Below, in pieces: positions 51,822 to 64,000 of a stretch of 64,000 nucleotides of DNA. Location of the stretch: contig NW_024704743.1 in NCBI RefSeq assembly GCF_018977255.1, positions 84,632,001 through 84,696,000 on the forward strand. Reading direction: 5' to 3'. The position numbers and the translations under genes are program-made. The notes under the pieces are model-generated. The model did no database searches. It worked only from the letters and a program-made list of their open reading frames with translations, and was not told the origin of the DNA. The stretch's first letter is position 1; the number at the start of each line of letters is the position of its first letter. The DNA is from Callorhinchus milii (lineage: Eukaryota).

Positions 51822-54800
51822 AATGTGCACTCTTAGACACAAGTAACAAATGGACCATTTTATCTTTGGAATCTTGTACTATATTATGTACAGTTTTTGG
51901 AGTATAACTTCAGTAGATGTTAAGATATGACTTGAACTCCAAATACTCAGCTGTTGTGTTTTCTTGCTCCTTCTTTACTCATAACCAGAATCAAGAAAGT
52001 TCTATATTCTGGCTGTAGTTTGGGTTGTCTTGCAAGATTTGCATGATACTACTTGTTTCAATAGTATGTTTTGCAGAAAATCATTTCAGAACTAAAAAAA
52101 AAGAAAAAATAATTGTACGTGCATACGTTGATAGCCCTTGATTTCTGTGACAAGGTGAACTGTTTCAATGGATTGGAAACTGGATGGAGTTAGTGCTCTT
52201 AATTTAGTTCCTTGATGGCAGTACTGTAAGTGGAATCGCGAAGAGCCATGAAACCATAAACTGACTGGAGTATGGCAGAACAAGCGTGCTGGTTGTCTTC
52301 ACATGAAGTAGAAACTTGAAATTATAATTTTATCCTGCTCTTTAAAAAGATAAAGTGATTCTCGTGTCCCAGGAGATGTGTAATATAAAAAAACCTGTGC
52401 TTGTCTGTTCTATTTATAATGTCAAGGTTATGCGGGTTAGAATTGGAATCCATCCAACCCCACCTTAATTACTTTTTGACTCTCCATAAATACATGCAAC
52501 TTGTTTGCATATACTTATATGATTCTCATGAAAAAAAAAGATTTATTTCTGACTTGGCATTTGTAACCATCTCATTAATTTAAATTGTACTCAAATGCAC
52601 GGTGAAGTCTGGAAGTCTTTTTCTCACCTATGGAAAGAACAGTAATTGTGAGAGTTGTCATTTTTCTTTTTTCCAAATGCAAGTAATTGCCATTGTGAAC
52701 TTTTTGAAAAGGTTGAAACTGTTTTAAAGAAGCTGCTATTTAGCTGTTTTATGTTATATAAGTGTTTCAGTGAAGAGAGGGTAGGATTGTGTTTGATCAA
52801 TTGAATTCTTCCATTAAATAACTTTTTAAAAATATAGAACAGGACCTGATCTAAATGTATTCACTTACAGTATCATTTAAAAAAAACACACCTCTTTTGT
52901 TACTTAAGCTGTCAAAGAATTAAATGTATGCTCCAGTGTTTATTAATTTATTCTTTAAATCCTATCTATGCCCTCCCAGTAAATTCAGTCCTCTGTGTTA
53001 AACTTTTACTTTCAAAGACCCATTACAAAAAATAATGAATGGTGCCACTTTTCTATGGTTCCTGCTGCCCTCTTCTTTAATTGATTAGATGTATTTAACT
53101 GATCAACTGGTACACTTTTGTTGCTGGTCCAATCCAGTGCAGAGTTAATAGGTTATTAAATGGTATGGAGTTTGGGAACTAAGGTTCAGCCTAGCATATA
53201 CTTGCTGCTATGAACCTGCATACAATTTAGAAACCTATTGGTATCACATCATGTTTTATTTTTAAGACACTAACACCTAGAATCCTATTTTTTTTAATTC
53301 ATTAGAAATTGTTAATGGGACATTTAAGTTGTCCCTTAAAGTATGTGTCAAATTGAAATCTTCTTACTATTTTCTCCTATGGAAAACTATTGTCAACGGT
53401 AAGGCTCACAGGAAAGATGCACAGATCTGGCAATCCATTGCTCTCAGTAGAAGATAAAGTCAATATGTGGGATATAAAAACAAAATTCATTTGCATGCCA
53501 GTACATATGTTTGCTCCATTTTTTCAGTGGCCATAGACGGGGGCATTTTGTACACTGGAGCACTTGTTTTCCTGCCCCTGGCTCTGAAGAGTGGCTTATA
53601 TTTTGCACACTTTATGGAGCTATGGCATTTGCCTTCTGGGTTGAATCAGATGCAACCTTTTGATAGGCAAGGAGTCAAAGCCCTGTGAGGTACCTTTAAT
53701 CCCAATTTACATGCCACGACGTTTTACAAGGTGGATTCAGTTCTGGAGTAAAAAGTTCTGTTTTAAATCTATAAAAGTTGCCGACTCAGGATTTACTCTA
53801 GTTTGAACTCTCACTGTTACTTGATGTCATCTGACTGTGGAGCACATTTGGAGTAGGTGCCATGTAAACACAGATTGGAATGTGGTCGCAGTAATGTGAT
53901 ATTCATTTAATTTACAATTGTTCTTCCTGGAATTCTGAAAGTAGTTCTTACAAAGAACCACATGGCTACTGACAAGGGTTCACTATTGCAGCCTATTACT
54001 CTGCTGCTTTTCATGTGGAGCAGTGAGGTAGAAAGCTGTTAGAATTGAGCAAATGTTCAGTGGATCATGCTGACTGAGAACAGGCAAGTTCTTCCCAGAA
54101 CCTAATCATGATCCAATGCCCCTGCACTGGTAATAATTTCAGTACTAAAGGTGTTGCTTAAAACAGCAGATGGGACAAAATATGAACCCACAATGAGATG
54201 AAAGCAGAATGAAGTCATCTGGAATGACTTAACTTTCCATGTAAAGGGGGCTTCTGACACTGTGGCAGTTACAAGCCTGATACTGTATTTGTGCCAGTTG
54301 ATCACTAAATGATTTGTATTCTTTGAATTCTGTAATGCAGCTGGGATATGTAAAATATTGTGCACCTTATAAGACTGAGATGAGTAAAAGAGATTTGTGC
54401 AAACTTATTTTTGACTGTTTTTAACCCAGCAGACATAGGACTAAACGAGGGATTCCCTTAATCTTAATATTAACTGTAAAATGAGAAAGCCTGTGTTATG
54501 AATTTAATGAAAGTGTTAACTTTTTGTTAAGTGTCTAAAATGCTGGAAAATCCATTCAGCCTGGTTATTTGTTTCCTTAGTATGCTTTGGGTACCAAGCA
54601 CAACAAACGCCCTTAAAGATAATAAGAGTGACACTGTTGGTGAACATTAGTTAATGGTGGACCACAGTAAGATGTGTGGCAATGTTTTTTAATTTACATT
54701 AAGTAAGCTAGCAAATTGGGATGGGTGGGCTTTATCAAAACTTGAACTAACAGTAACCGTTTCGTGTACAGTACTACCTCATTTTTTGCATTAAAAGCAC

Positions 54801-55640
54801 GGTGGACGGTGGTGTAAAAAACTTCCATTTGTACGAACCTTTTTGAAGAGATATTGCAATATGATTTGGGTGAAAGACATGGGGATCACATTGGTGGAAT
54901 TTGCATGGCGGTATTTTGAATGGACTAAAAGTGGGACAGTCTGTTCAATGGGGGGAAAAATGTGACTTCCCAGAGTAACATGAAGAAATTCACTTTCCTA
55001 GTTATTCTGCCATCTTCTGATAATCAACCAACATGAAGAGTCATATCTTATCTTAGAAGAATTTGTTTTGCCCCCACTAAAATAACTTGTGTTTATTGCA
55101 AGGATATTTGTTCCTACAGTGAAAACAGTGTATCAATCCTGTGTTACTTCCACCTTTTAGCACTAAGTGTGGATGATTTGGAGAACATCTCAAATAAAAT
55201 GAAACAAAAAAAACTTGTAAGGTGGCTTAACATTGCTGTATTTTCAGCATTTGAATGTTTTATTTATCTGTGTCATTTTTTTGGTGTGAATTTTTGTTAC
55301 CCAGATGTTAGTATTTGGTACCATGTAGTGTTCTGTCCATAAGGGTCTGTAACTTAAGACTTCTAAAGTGATGTAAATAGGGTGGTAGGTGAACCGAACC
55401 CTTTTGTATTCAGGTTTTGTTTGTTCCTCTCTACATGGTGAAGAGAGACACTATTTTTATACTGCGATACCATGTAGGGCTGGGAGACCAACCTGAACCA
55501 GTTGGGAACTGTTACCTATATCCAATATTTTTATTAAACCTTGTTGGCTTGACACATCTACTGATTGAAATGGATGTCTTAGTCTAGGTTACTATTTTGT
55601 CATATGGAATAAATAAAAAAAGCAGGATATAATTTGCTAC
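51822..55640 (+). other. SALL3 3' UTR with candidate poly(A) signals
   Basis: AT-rich, retroposon-poor sequence after the stop. ATTAAA at ~52813, AATAAA at 55193, and overlapping AATAAATAAA at 55608-55617 followed by a GT/T-rich tract at ~55646-55658. The true end is uncertain. Confidence 0.5.
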
Positions 55641-56789
55641 CTAACAGTGTTTTTTGTTTCCAAACCTGTCACTTTCCAAAAGTAAAACAATTAACATGGA
55701 AGTTTGTAATTTGTGATGGTGTCATTGTAAAGAACTAATTAATGGGAGGATTTAAACCTGCAGACAATGAATATCCTTTTTGAACACATCTTGATGTAAG
55801 TCTCACTCACTAAACTTAAAATAAACAATGCTAAAGTGAATTGTTGACCTTACTGCTGGGGGTTACAGTGATAACGCGTCTATGGCTGGCTATGTTCTTA
55901 ATTTACAAATTAGAATTTTATTTTGGAAATTTGGGGGGTACATAGTAAACATTTATTAAATAGTAATCAATGATCAACACACAAACAAAGTGTTTCAGTG
56001 AAAGTTCAAGCCATACCCGATTCTTTCCTCACAGATCATTTTATTTTCTAAAATTAAATGAATATTGTACGTTTTTGTTGCACATGTAATGGCTTCACGT
56101 TTAGAATTAACTTGTAATTTTTAGAAAAATGGAAAACTTCCACAGCTGCAAAAAGTGCAAAAACAGCATTTTTTAGACAATGGATTATAAAATTACAATG
56201 AAGTAAATGTGTACATTGAATAACAGTGATCTGAAAGGAAAGCACATCTACATAACTACTAGATGTGTTATTACTATACAGCCAACAAAATATTTATTTT
56301 TCAAAATATTTGAAAATCCTTTCATATTCTGGTCCATTGAGGTGAAGAACAGAAAGAAGAAATAAAGAAAGTGCCATGAGGCCAATTTGAGAAGCTACTT
56401 GAATAACTGAAAGCATTGAGGTCCCACTGAATTGTATTTCAGCCTCACCCAGCCTCACCAGTGAAGATATATATCACTGCTGGCAGTGACATAGTTTACA
56501 TTTTGCCACACATTAAAAATAAATTTGGACATCTTTTGTGTGAAGGTGTTACACAACACATTCTACAATTCATGGAATTCTCAAGTAGGAGTCACAAATA
56601 CAGTATAATGAAGAAAACCACTTTAATGCATACATAAGATCTTAATAATCACCCATTGAACCTAAATTAAGATATTTGGGAACGAGAAAAAAGTTCTGTT
56701 CACAACTGCATGGAGATTGTATCTGGATGAAATATTTATAGTCTAATTTCAGTCAGACTGACAAAAAAAAGTAGCAGCAGCCCCAATGT

Positions 56790-57110
56790 TGCAGTGGATA
56801 GAGCTGTAGATTATGGACCAAGAACTTGTTTGTTTAAATTTTGGTCAATGATGAGTTAGCTGGTCTCAGCTGGTGCTGCATGAGGAGGCTAAATTGGTTC
56901 TGGCCTTACAAAGATTAGGGAGAGGAAAGTCAGCCAGATACCTGTTCCTTGCCCCTCTTTTGTATCCACCAACACTGGTGGTGCATATGGGTGGTAGAGG
57001 GCAGGCTCGGGGGTAATGCCCTCTGCAGTTGAATGGCTGGCCAAGGTTAAACAATTGCCTTTAGTCACAGTATTACAGGGCAACGGGTGCCCACAGAGCC
57101 ATGCCCAGCA
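56790..57110 (+). mobile_element. LF-SINE-like copy
   Basis: GAGTTAGCTGGTCTCAGC, TAGGGAGAGGAAAGTCAGCCAG, GAGGGCAGGCTCGGGGTAATGCCC. Confidence 0.65.
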
Positions 57111-59461
57111 TGTCATTTGGAAGAAAATTAGAAAAATAATTGGATTTTTAAAAAAATGCTGCACATGAAGGATCTTTTATTTGACAGTTGCTGCACATGG
57201 GAATATTTAAAAAACTGAAAGCAGCAGGTTTCCATCATTTTATTAGTACAAGGAATGTTTTGTACAGAATTTAATTGTCATTGCTATGGATTTGGAACAA
57301 TTCCTCGCACTGCAGTGACAATGTCATCTATACTATGTAGATTATTATTATATAGATGAGCAGACCCGAATTCCAAATACATACTTGTAATAATTGCTAT
57401 GAAGTCCAATTTCTCAAACAAATGAAAATACATACACCCAGGATCGAAGTTTATAACCTTTATTACACGTAGGCATATCTAGAAATCCAAACTGCAATTG
57501 GCAATTTGTGTACTATTGTCATAAAATTTTAACACTTATATATGGAGGAGAAATAAAGAGCTCTATTTTGAAATCATCTGAACTGTACAATTACAGATGA
57601 AAACAAAATTGAATATTGCTATTGAATAGAATTGGGTAAAACTAATTCCAATTCATACTTTTTTTGAGGGGAAATATCCACCTGCCAATAAATGAAGGCT
57701 TAACTCTACCCTGAGTCTGGGTATCGGTGCTTATTGAAAGGATTCTTTTTTTATTAAGGTCGTGATCGAAACACTGTGGGAAATGATCTGTATATTTACA
57801 TAAACTTGAACTGAAAAGGTTCTTCAAGCTGTTANTTTTTTCAAAGCTACATTTTCTCCTGATATTAAATATGACTTGATTCATTGAAAACGCCTAGGGA
57901 ACAAAATAGTTTCACATTTGTTGTCCCTTTTTTATGGGTAACCAATCCGATGCTGCATCAAAAATTCCCACCCAACACTCACTCACTTATATTTTCATTT
58001 AAACCCACACACCAATATAATTTGAAATGACACAGTCCATAGTCCCGTCAAACATACACGTACATGATACTATATATAAGGCGGAACAGCATTAATCACA
58101 GCTGTCACTGGTCACATATTATGATTTAATTAGGTATCGCCTAACTGATATGTATCGCCTTTTATTGTGTTGACTTCCACACATACCCGGGTCTACGATC
58201 GCATTCACATCCGCACCGACTAATACACGAACTCATATCAAGATCAGCAAATAGCGTAAGTGCCCCCAATACAATACATGCAGCAGAATTTATACTATCG
58301 TCTTCTATCATACGTGGTTTAAAAGGCTTTGCACCAAATCTTTAGCGCAGAGGTCATGAAGAGTCTTTCATGCAAAGTATTTTTTTTTGAATTCTTCAAA
58401 CATCCAGTAAGTAATATCTAGACTGAATCCGCTTTCATAACATCTTATTAATAGCATTTAGTCTCGAAAATAATTCCTCTTAAGTATTAAGGTGAGAACA
58501 TTTGCAAGAAAAAAACAGTAGATGCGTCTACTGAAATTGCACACAACTGTGGAGTGTCCTATGCAGATTAGTTTTAAATTAACTTTTTTTAAGCACTCTT
58601 CAGTGCAGTTTTACCACCACGATTATTCATTCATATGTTCTGCTTGAAATGATCCCGCGAATGAATCTCGAATTCCGTAAATCCCGATTTAGGAAATCTT
58701 CAAGCTGTCAGACAAACACACCCAGAAAGAAATGCAAGTTTCCTCCTCGCAGGAGTGTGAAGGCAGAAAAGCCTAAATCAATATTTTCCTGAAGTCATAG
58801 CTGAGATATTAGGTAGGCAAGACGATGTAACCCTTTGGGGAAACCGCAATGATTTTTTTTATTTGTCCAATGAGTTATTTGGGTATTCTAATTATGCATT
58901 AAATATCTTCTGTTTATATTGCTGCAAATGGGTGAGTAGCTATTGACAAAAAGAGGACCAAAATTCCAAATGAACGCACTCACAGATATTCAACACCTAC
59001 ATCTTCGAATTACAGATGTAGGCGACAGCGATTTGCAAAAAAAAAATCTAAATGTATATAAACAGTGTAGAAAGAACAGGTTGAAAATGTTTGACTTTAC
59101 ACACTGCGAAATAAAACATTCCCAATGTGCAGAGCGCCTCTGGGATCTTCGCAATAACTTGCCAGTGTATTTATTGTGCGTTACAGCCACCAAAATCAAA
59201 CGAATTTTTATTTTATCCTTTTTTGAAATGAGAGCTTATTTCTGAATCATTTGGATTGAATAATTATACACAGTAACATTCGCGATGAATGTGGTCTTAA
59301 TTGGATTTCACATATAGTTTTATCAAATGCATACTATTGTATAGCAGGAATTAGATTTTAAGCTTCTTGTTATTTAAACTCTTGCCTTTCTTAAGCATAA
59401 GTTGTACTTTAAATAATCTGACAATGAAGTATCGGCATCAATACGTTCAACGGCTAAACTC

Positions 59462-59583
59462 GAATGTTCCCCCACAAAATACACAGTCAATTCACTTTAC
59501 TACATATCCTGTGAAGCGCTTCCAGACGTCTCAACGACGTGATAGGGCGCTATAATAAATGTAAAGATTATTATTATTATTAT
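59462..59583 (+). mobile_element. Isolated ~120-nt L2/SINE 3' tail
   Basis: Same tail sequence with an (ATT)n end. Confidence 0.85.
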
Positions 59584-60036
59584 ACGTTGAGCCGTGAAAC
59601 CTGTGCATCGGTTATCAAATACATACAAAAACATTTTTTTACAATTAGTTTGTGTGCTTTTGCTCAGCTGTAACAAACTGGAAGGTGACTGAGGACCCAA
59701 TACTTTTCACCAATCCACATGGTTTGAGGTTTTCAAAGCTCTCACTGAACCCCAGGGTCAGTTCTTGCCTGAGTGGCCACCACAGCACAGCCAGTGAGGT
59801 CTCTCCCCAGGATGGACTATTTTGGATAAGTGACCGGTGTAGATCTCCCCCTCCCACACCCCCCACCCCCCACACCCCCCGCCCCCCGAATCAAAATTGA
59901 ACTTCTCGAAATGAAACAGGGATCTGCAACCCTCCCAAATGTTTCCACCCGATTACAAACGCCGTGTGTAACGAAACAAGTTCCTATTCTGGGAACCTCG
60001 GCATTGAGTGGGGACTCACTACTCAGTCCTACGACT

Positions 60037-60180
60037 TTCAATCTACGACTGTTGATCGCCCACAAATATACAGTCAATTCACTTTACAGTGTGTTCTGTG
60101 AAGCGCTTTGGGACGTCCTCCCGACGTGAAAAGCGCTGTATCAAAATGCAAGGATTATTATTATATTATTATCATTATTA
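60037..60180 (+). mobile_element. SINE 3' fragment, close to the 2505-2822 copy
   Basis: TTCAATCTACGACTGTT, then CGCCCACAAATATACAGTCAATTCAC...GGGACGTCCTCCCGACGTGAAAAGCGC. Confidence 0.85.
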
Positions 60181-62276
60181 CTCGGAAGATTCTTCCAAGA
60201 GTTTTTGTTTCTCTCATTGAAAGCTGACGATGGCCACAATCCCAAACTCCCTGCTGAGGGCAGACAGCTCACTGCTCAGGGCTGAACACACCAACCAGTG
60301 TTATTCACTGTCCTTCCTAACGAGTTTCCACAGTCATCTCTCTATCCGGTCACCTGAGTGCGAGCTTCTTCTATTTTTTATTTTTATTTTTTTTATTTTT
60401 CATTTTTATTCGAGGCTCAGAGTGCACGGGGTTGCACTGGTGCAGCGACCATTCAGCGATCTCCAAGAGGTTACTTTTAAACAAAATCCATCCTGGATTT
60501 TGCTCGAAACTCTCCTCTTTAACAAAACCCAAATTGGGAAACCCACCCACACGATTTGAATGGAATTCGACATCTCCCGCTGTCACCACAATCCGCGGGG
60601 ATTCTTGGCCCAACGATGTCCAAATATGTTTGCATTGGTTAAAAATGTGCTTCACTCGTATTTTTTTTTAAAAAAAGGAATAGTATTTTTTGGATCGATT
60701 TCCCGTTTGCTGCGGAGAGCGGGATATTTCCTTTTCTGCTGAACAATTCCGCAGCGATTGCAACTTCTGCTGCAAACGAACCCTTTCGGGGTATATGTCA
60801 TTTGATCATCTGTGGATGACGAATCGCTCTCCAGCTTCGGGTGACATTAGAAACGGTGGGGATCGCCTTCCCCAGTGCCGCAGCCACAAGGACCCACTCC
60901 CTGTCACAGTGCAGTCAGATCAGGGCTCGGATTAATCTACAGAGAAACTAATGCACAGGAATACAGCGATGCACAGCCCGGCGGCGGCGAGCCAAACCCG
61001 ACCAGACCACACTTAACACTCACACCGCTTATTTTTGAAACGCAACCACATTGCGGGGAACGTGCCTCCGCGAAATTCATTGCAAGTTGCAATTCGTGGA
61101 AGGTATTTTCTCCGCAATACGTTTGCGACCCCTGGGCATGTCCTCCCCGATCGACAGTCTGGGCAAGAAAAGAAGAAGNAAAAAGGCGCCCGAGAGCCCT
61201 GTCATCTGTTCCACGCACCAGGGCTGCAATACTCACGAAGAACCCGAAAATGGTTTTGCTGTTATTTTATTTTTTGATGCGTTCTCCTTTTTATAACGAC
61301 CATCGCCAGCGGTTGGTCAATTAACGTCGAGCCTTAATGTACCTTCACCAGCGCTCGTGTGATTGCAGCCTCACAGCCTACAGTTTGCAATGATATGAAC
61401 AGAAACATCCCCAAGTGCTGCCCGTCTATCGCAGCAGCAAAGTCGAGGGAGCACTGGAAAACACCAGCTTGAGCTCTCCTTTCACATCCCCTGTTTAAAT
61501 GCTGGAAAGGCTAAACCATATGTCTCCTGTTTTATTTGACAGCATTATTTGACGGATTATTAAGGGTGACATGTCTGCTCCGTAAATTGCAACTTGTGCA
61601 GTACTCACCCTCAATAAATCAAAGTTAGATCATTTTAGTAGGGGTCCACTTAAAAGCCACTTTAACGCGGATCAATAAACCATGTCAAAAATATATAGTG
61701 TACATAAACCCGAACAGGTGGGTGGCTCGTGTGTTAGTATGCTCCTGTTGATGGACGGGGTTTACCAGTAAAAGCAGATATATATATATATATATGTACT
61801 AAAAGTATTAAAATATAAATAACAAAAATCTTGGTGTATATATTGTAAATTAATAGGTGGTGGGGGTGGGGGGGGGAGGGTAGATTAAATGCAGTTTAAA
61901 AATAAAAAATAAAAATAATCTGATGCAGATGTGGTTGATTGGGCAGTTGGGTGAGGAGATGCTTTCAATAACTTAGTGTCGCGCTGGTGTGAACATGCAG
62001 ATCACACGAGAAAGAAGGTACAACGTGCTGCTTCCTGATAGATAGCGAGTGCTGAGGTTTACACTGAGTCATCATCAGTTAATACATCCACCCCCGATGC
62101 ACAGATTATTATAACGAATGCAGTTAAAAAATCCCAAAGAAACTCAATCCAATTCCGACAAGGCGGTCACCTTGAAACCGACACCTCAATGACTCCACAC
62201 CTTCACATTTGGATTGTTTTGAGAATTATTTTGCAAAAACGTTTGATTTCGTATTCCTCCAAATATCTTATTCTTG

Positions 62277-62321
<45 letters not shown>

Positions 62322-64000
62322 CTGAATATGCACGAGAAAGGAGATGTCATTGTGAATGGTAATATATTTTATAATCTTTATGTATACATTTACGATTTAC
62401 GAGAATTTTGTCGTTAACTATTGGTGAATTAAAGCAGGAAACACATATGTTCTGACTGGACTGTGTGTGTGGGGTGGGGGGTTCCCAAATGTAACAGCTG
62501 AAATGTGTTTTGACATGCTTTTCGCACACTGCTGTTTCAGGTCTCTTAAAAGTTACTGAAGAGAAAACCGATTGCTGTCCATTTATTAACAAGTATAAGG
62601 AAGAGATATATGATACAGCACACAGCATAATTTAAACCAAATGCAAAATGAACTTCCACCATTTGGGTGAAACACAAATCATGTGCACATGAACACCCAT
62701 TTGATTTTTTTTTAAAAAATTGTCAACGGGGCAATTCATTTTAAAAAAAAAGTAAAATGCAGGAAATACTTCAGCTACCTGCTGGGAGATTTATTGGAAT
62801 TTTATTACTACCATAAATTATTCACTCACAGTTTCACTAGTGTGATCTGTTTTAAAATGCATGCGTTAAAATATGTAGGTTGTGGCTGCAACGTCGCGTT
62901 CTCTTCTACTAAAGTCCGGTGTTTTGACTTGAACGGTGAAACGATTTTGATCATCTTATTACAGAAGTTCCTCCCGTATTACTCGAATGCAAAGTTATCC
63001 TTTCAGAATGGGGTTCCCTGTCTAAAGTCGTAACAAAAATCCCAAGAAGCGCTATTCGGGGAATTTAAGATCTATTTCTTTTAAAGATTTAGAAGTTACT
63101 GTCAGCTGCACAGTTTGGGAAACGTGGCTTAATCCGAGCAATGGATGTACAAACCCTTCTGTGCCACATGGATTGAACTGACATTGATAGAGACCTAAAG
63201 GCCACAGCCATGTGGAAGGCAACGATGTGTTTGAAGGACATTTATATCTCATTGGTCTTTAGTAATTCCAGCCCCAGGGGGGGAAAAACTGACGTTTTTC
63301 GATGAATGTATGGTGGGTTATGGTGGTTTGAAACATGGTAAGAAAACCCTCTTAAATTGCTACAATAGCTCGTTTTGATGAGGATTTTGTTCAGTGAGAA
63401 CAAGTACAGTCTTTACACTTCCTCACTCCCACCAGCAAGGGATCCGATTCAGTACCAGGATTGACACACTGTGCATTTATCAGCGATTCATGTAATATAA
63501 CGAGTTTGATGCTTGAGCAGAATCGTTATTTGTTAAATATTATTCCAAATGTGGAACATTTTGAGCGGTTACATTCCCAACATTTCACAACTATCACAAG
63601 CAAAGCTTTAGGAAAGGTCGCAAAACCCCTCCTCCCCCCCCCCCCCCCCAGCTCTGACAATGGACAAATGACAATACTTATAGCACATTCTCCAAATCTC
63701 TATGGATCCACCAGTTTGGGTTTCTGGAGTCAGCACATTGTAAAACGGAGAAATCTAAAACTAAGAACTGCCAAGTTGCATGGTTTCATAATGTTGCATG
63801 CCATCCCACAGCAATAAATGGTTAACAGAGAGCTACACTGGAAGCTATCACCGTGTGTTTGCAGAAAGTGCAAGAATGGAACAGCATGAAGCAATCCAGC
63901 AATGTGTATCTGCACACTTTCACACTCCCAGGGCTTGCAAGGTACAGCATCTCATTCAGCACCAGAAATAGAACAGCTCGACAAAATCTTCATTTTTCCT

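Larger units (their letters stand above)
57900..63100. promoter_or_regulatory. Second CpG-enriched region downstream of SALL3 with no recognisable coding exon
   Basis: Elevated CpG by eye, densest at ~60400-61450. Confidence 0.4.

Overview
Eukaryotic (vertebrate) genomic DNA, most likely from a cartilaginous fish and possibly a chimaera; this is inferred from the SINE/LINE families and not verified. It contains one protein-coding gene on the + strand: the spalt-like C2H2 zinc-finger transcription factor SALL3. Coding exons are 20626-20701, 42213-45696 and 51390-51821, giving about 1330 aa once one missing base at ~43235-43239 is restored. The gene has a CpG-rich promoter interrupted by a 0.5-kb G-rich minisatellite, a 21.5-kb first intron, a long 3' UTR and many old retroposon copies (tRNA-Ala-headed SINEs, Deu-domain SINEs, LF-SINE-like copies, L2/CR1 fragments) plus one Tigger-like MITE. 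The most notable unexplained structure: (1) an out-of-frame upstream ORF whose (CCA)8 poly-proline run ends exactly on the SALL3 start codon; (2) a 44-bp near-perfect inverted repeat with arms 2 kb apart, just before the exon 2 acceptor; (3) an in-frame 216-nt exitron that removes zinc-finger cluster 3; (4) an apparent frameshift in exon 2 that is probably a homopolymer consensus error. No prokaryotic systems, CRISPR arrays, rRNA or true tRNA genes were seen. Repeat-family and orthologue comparisons are from memory, not from searches.
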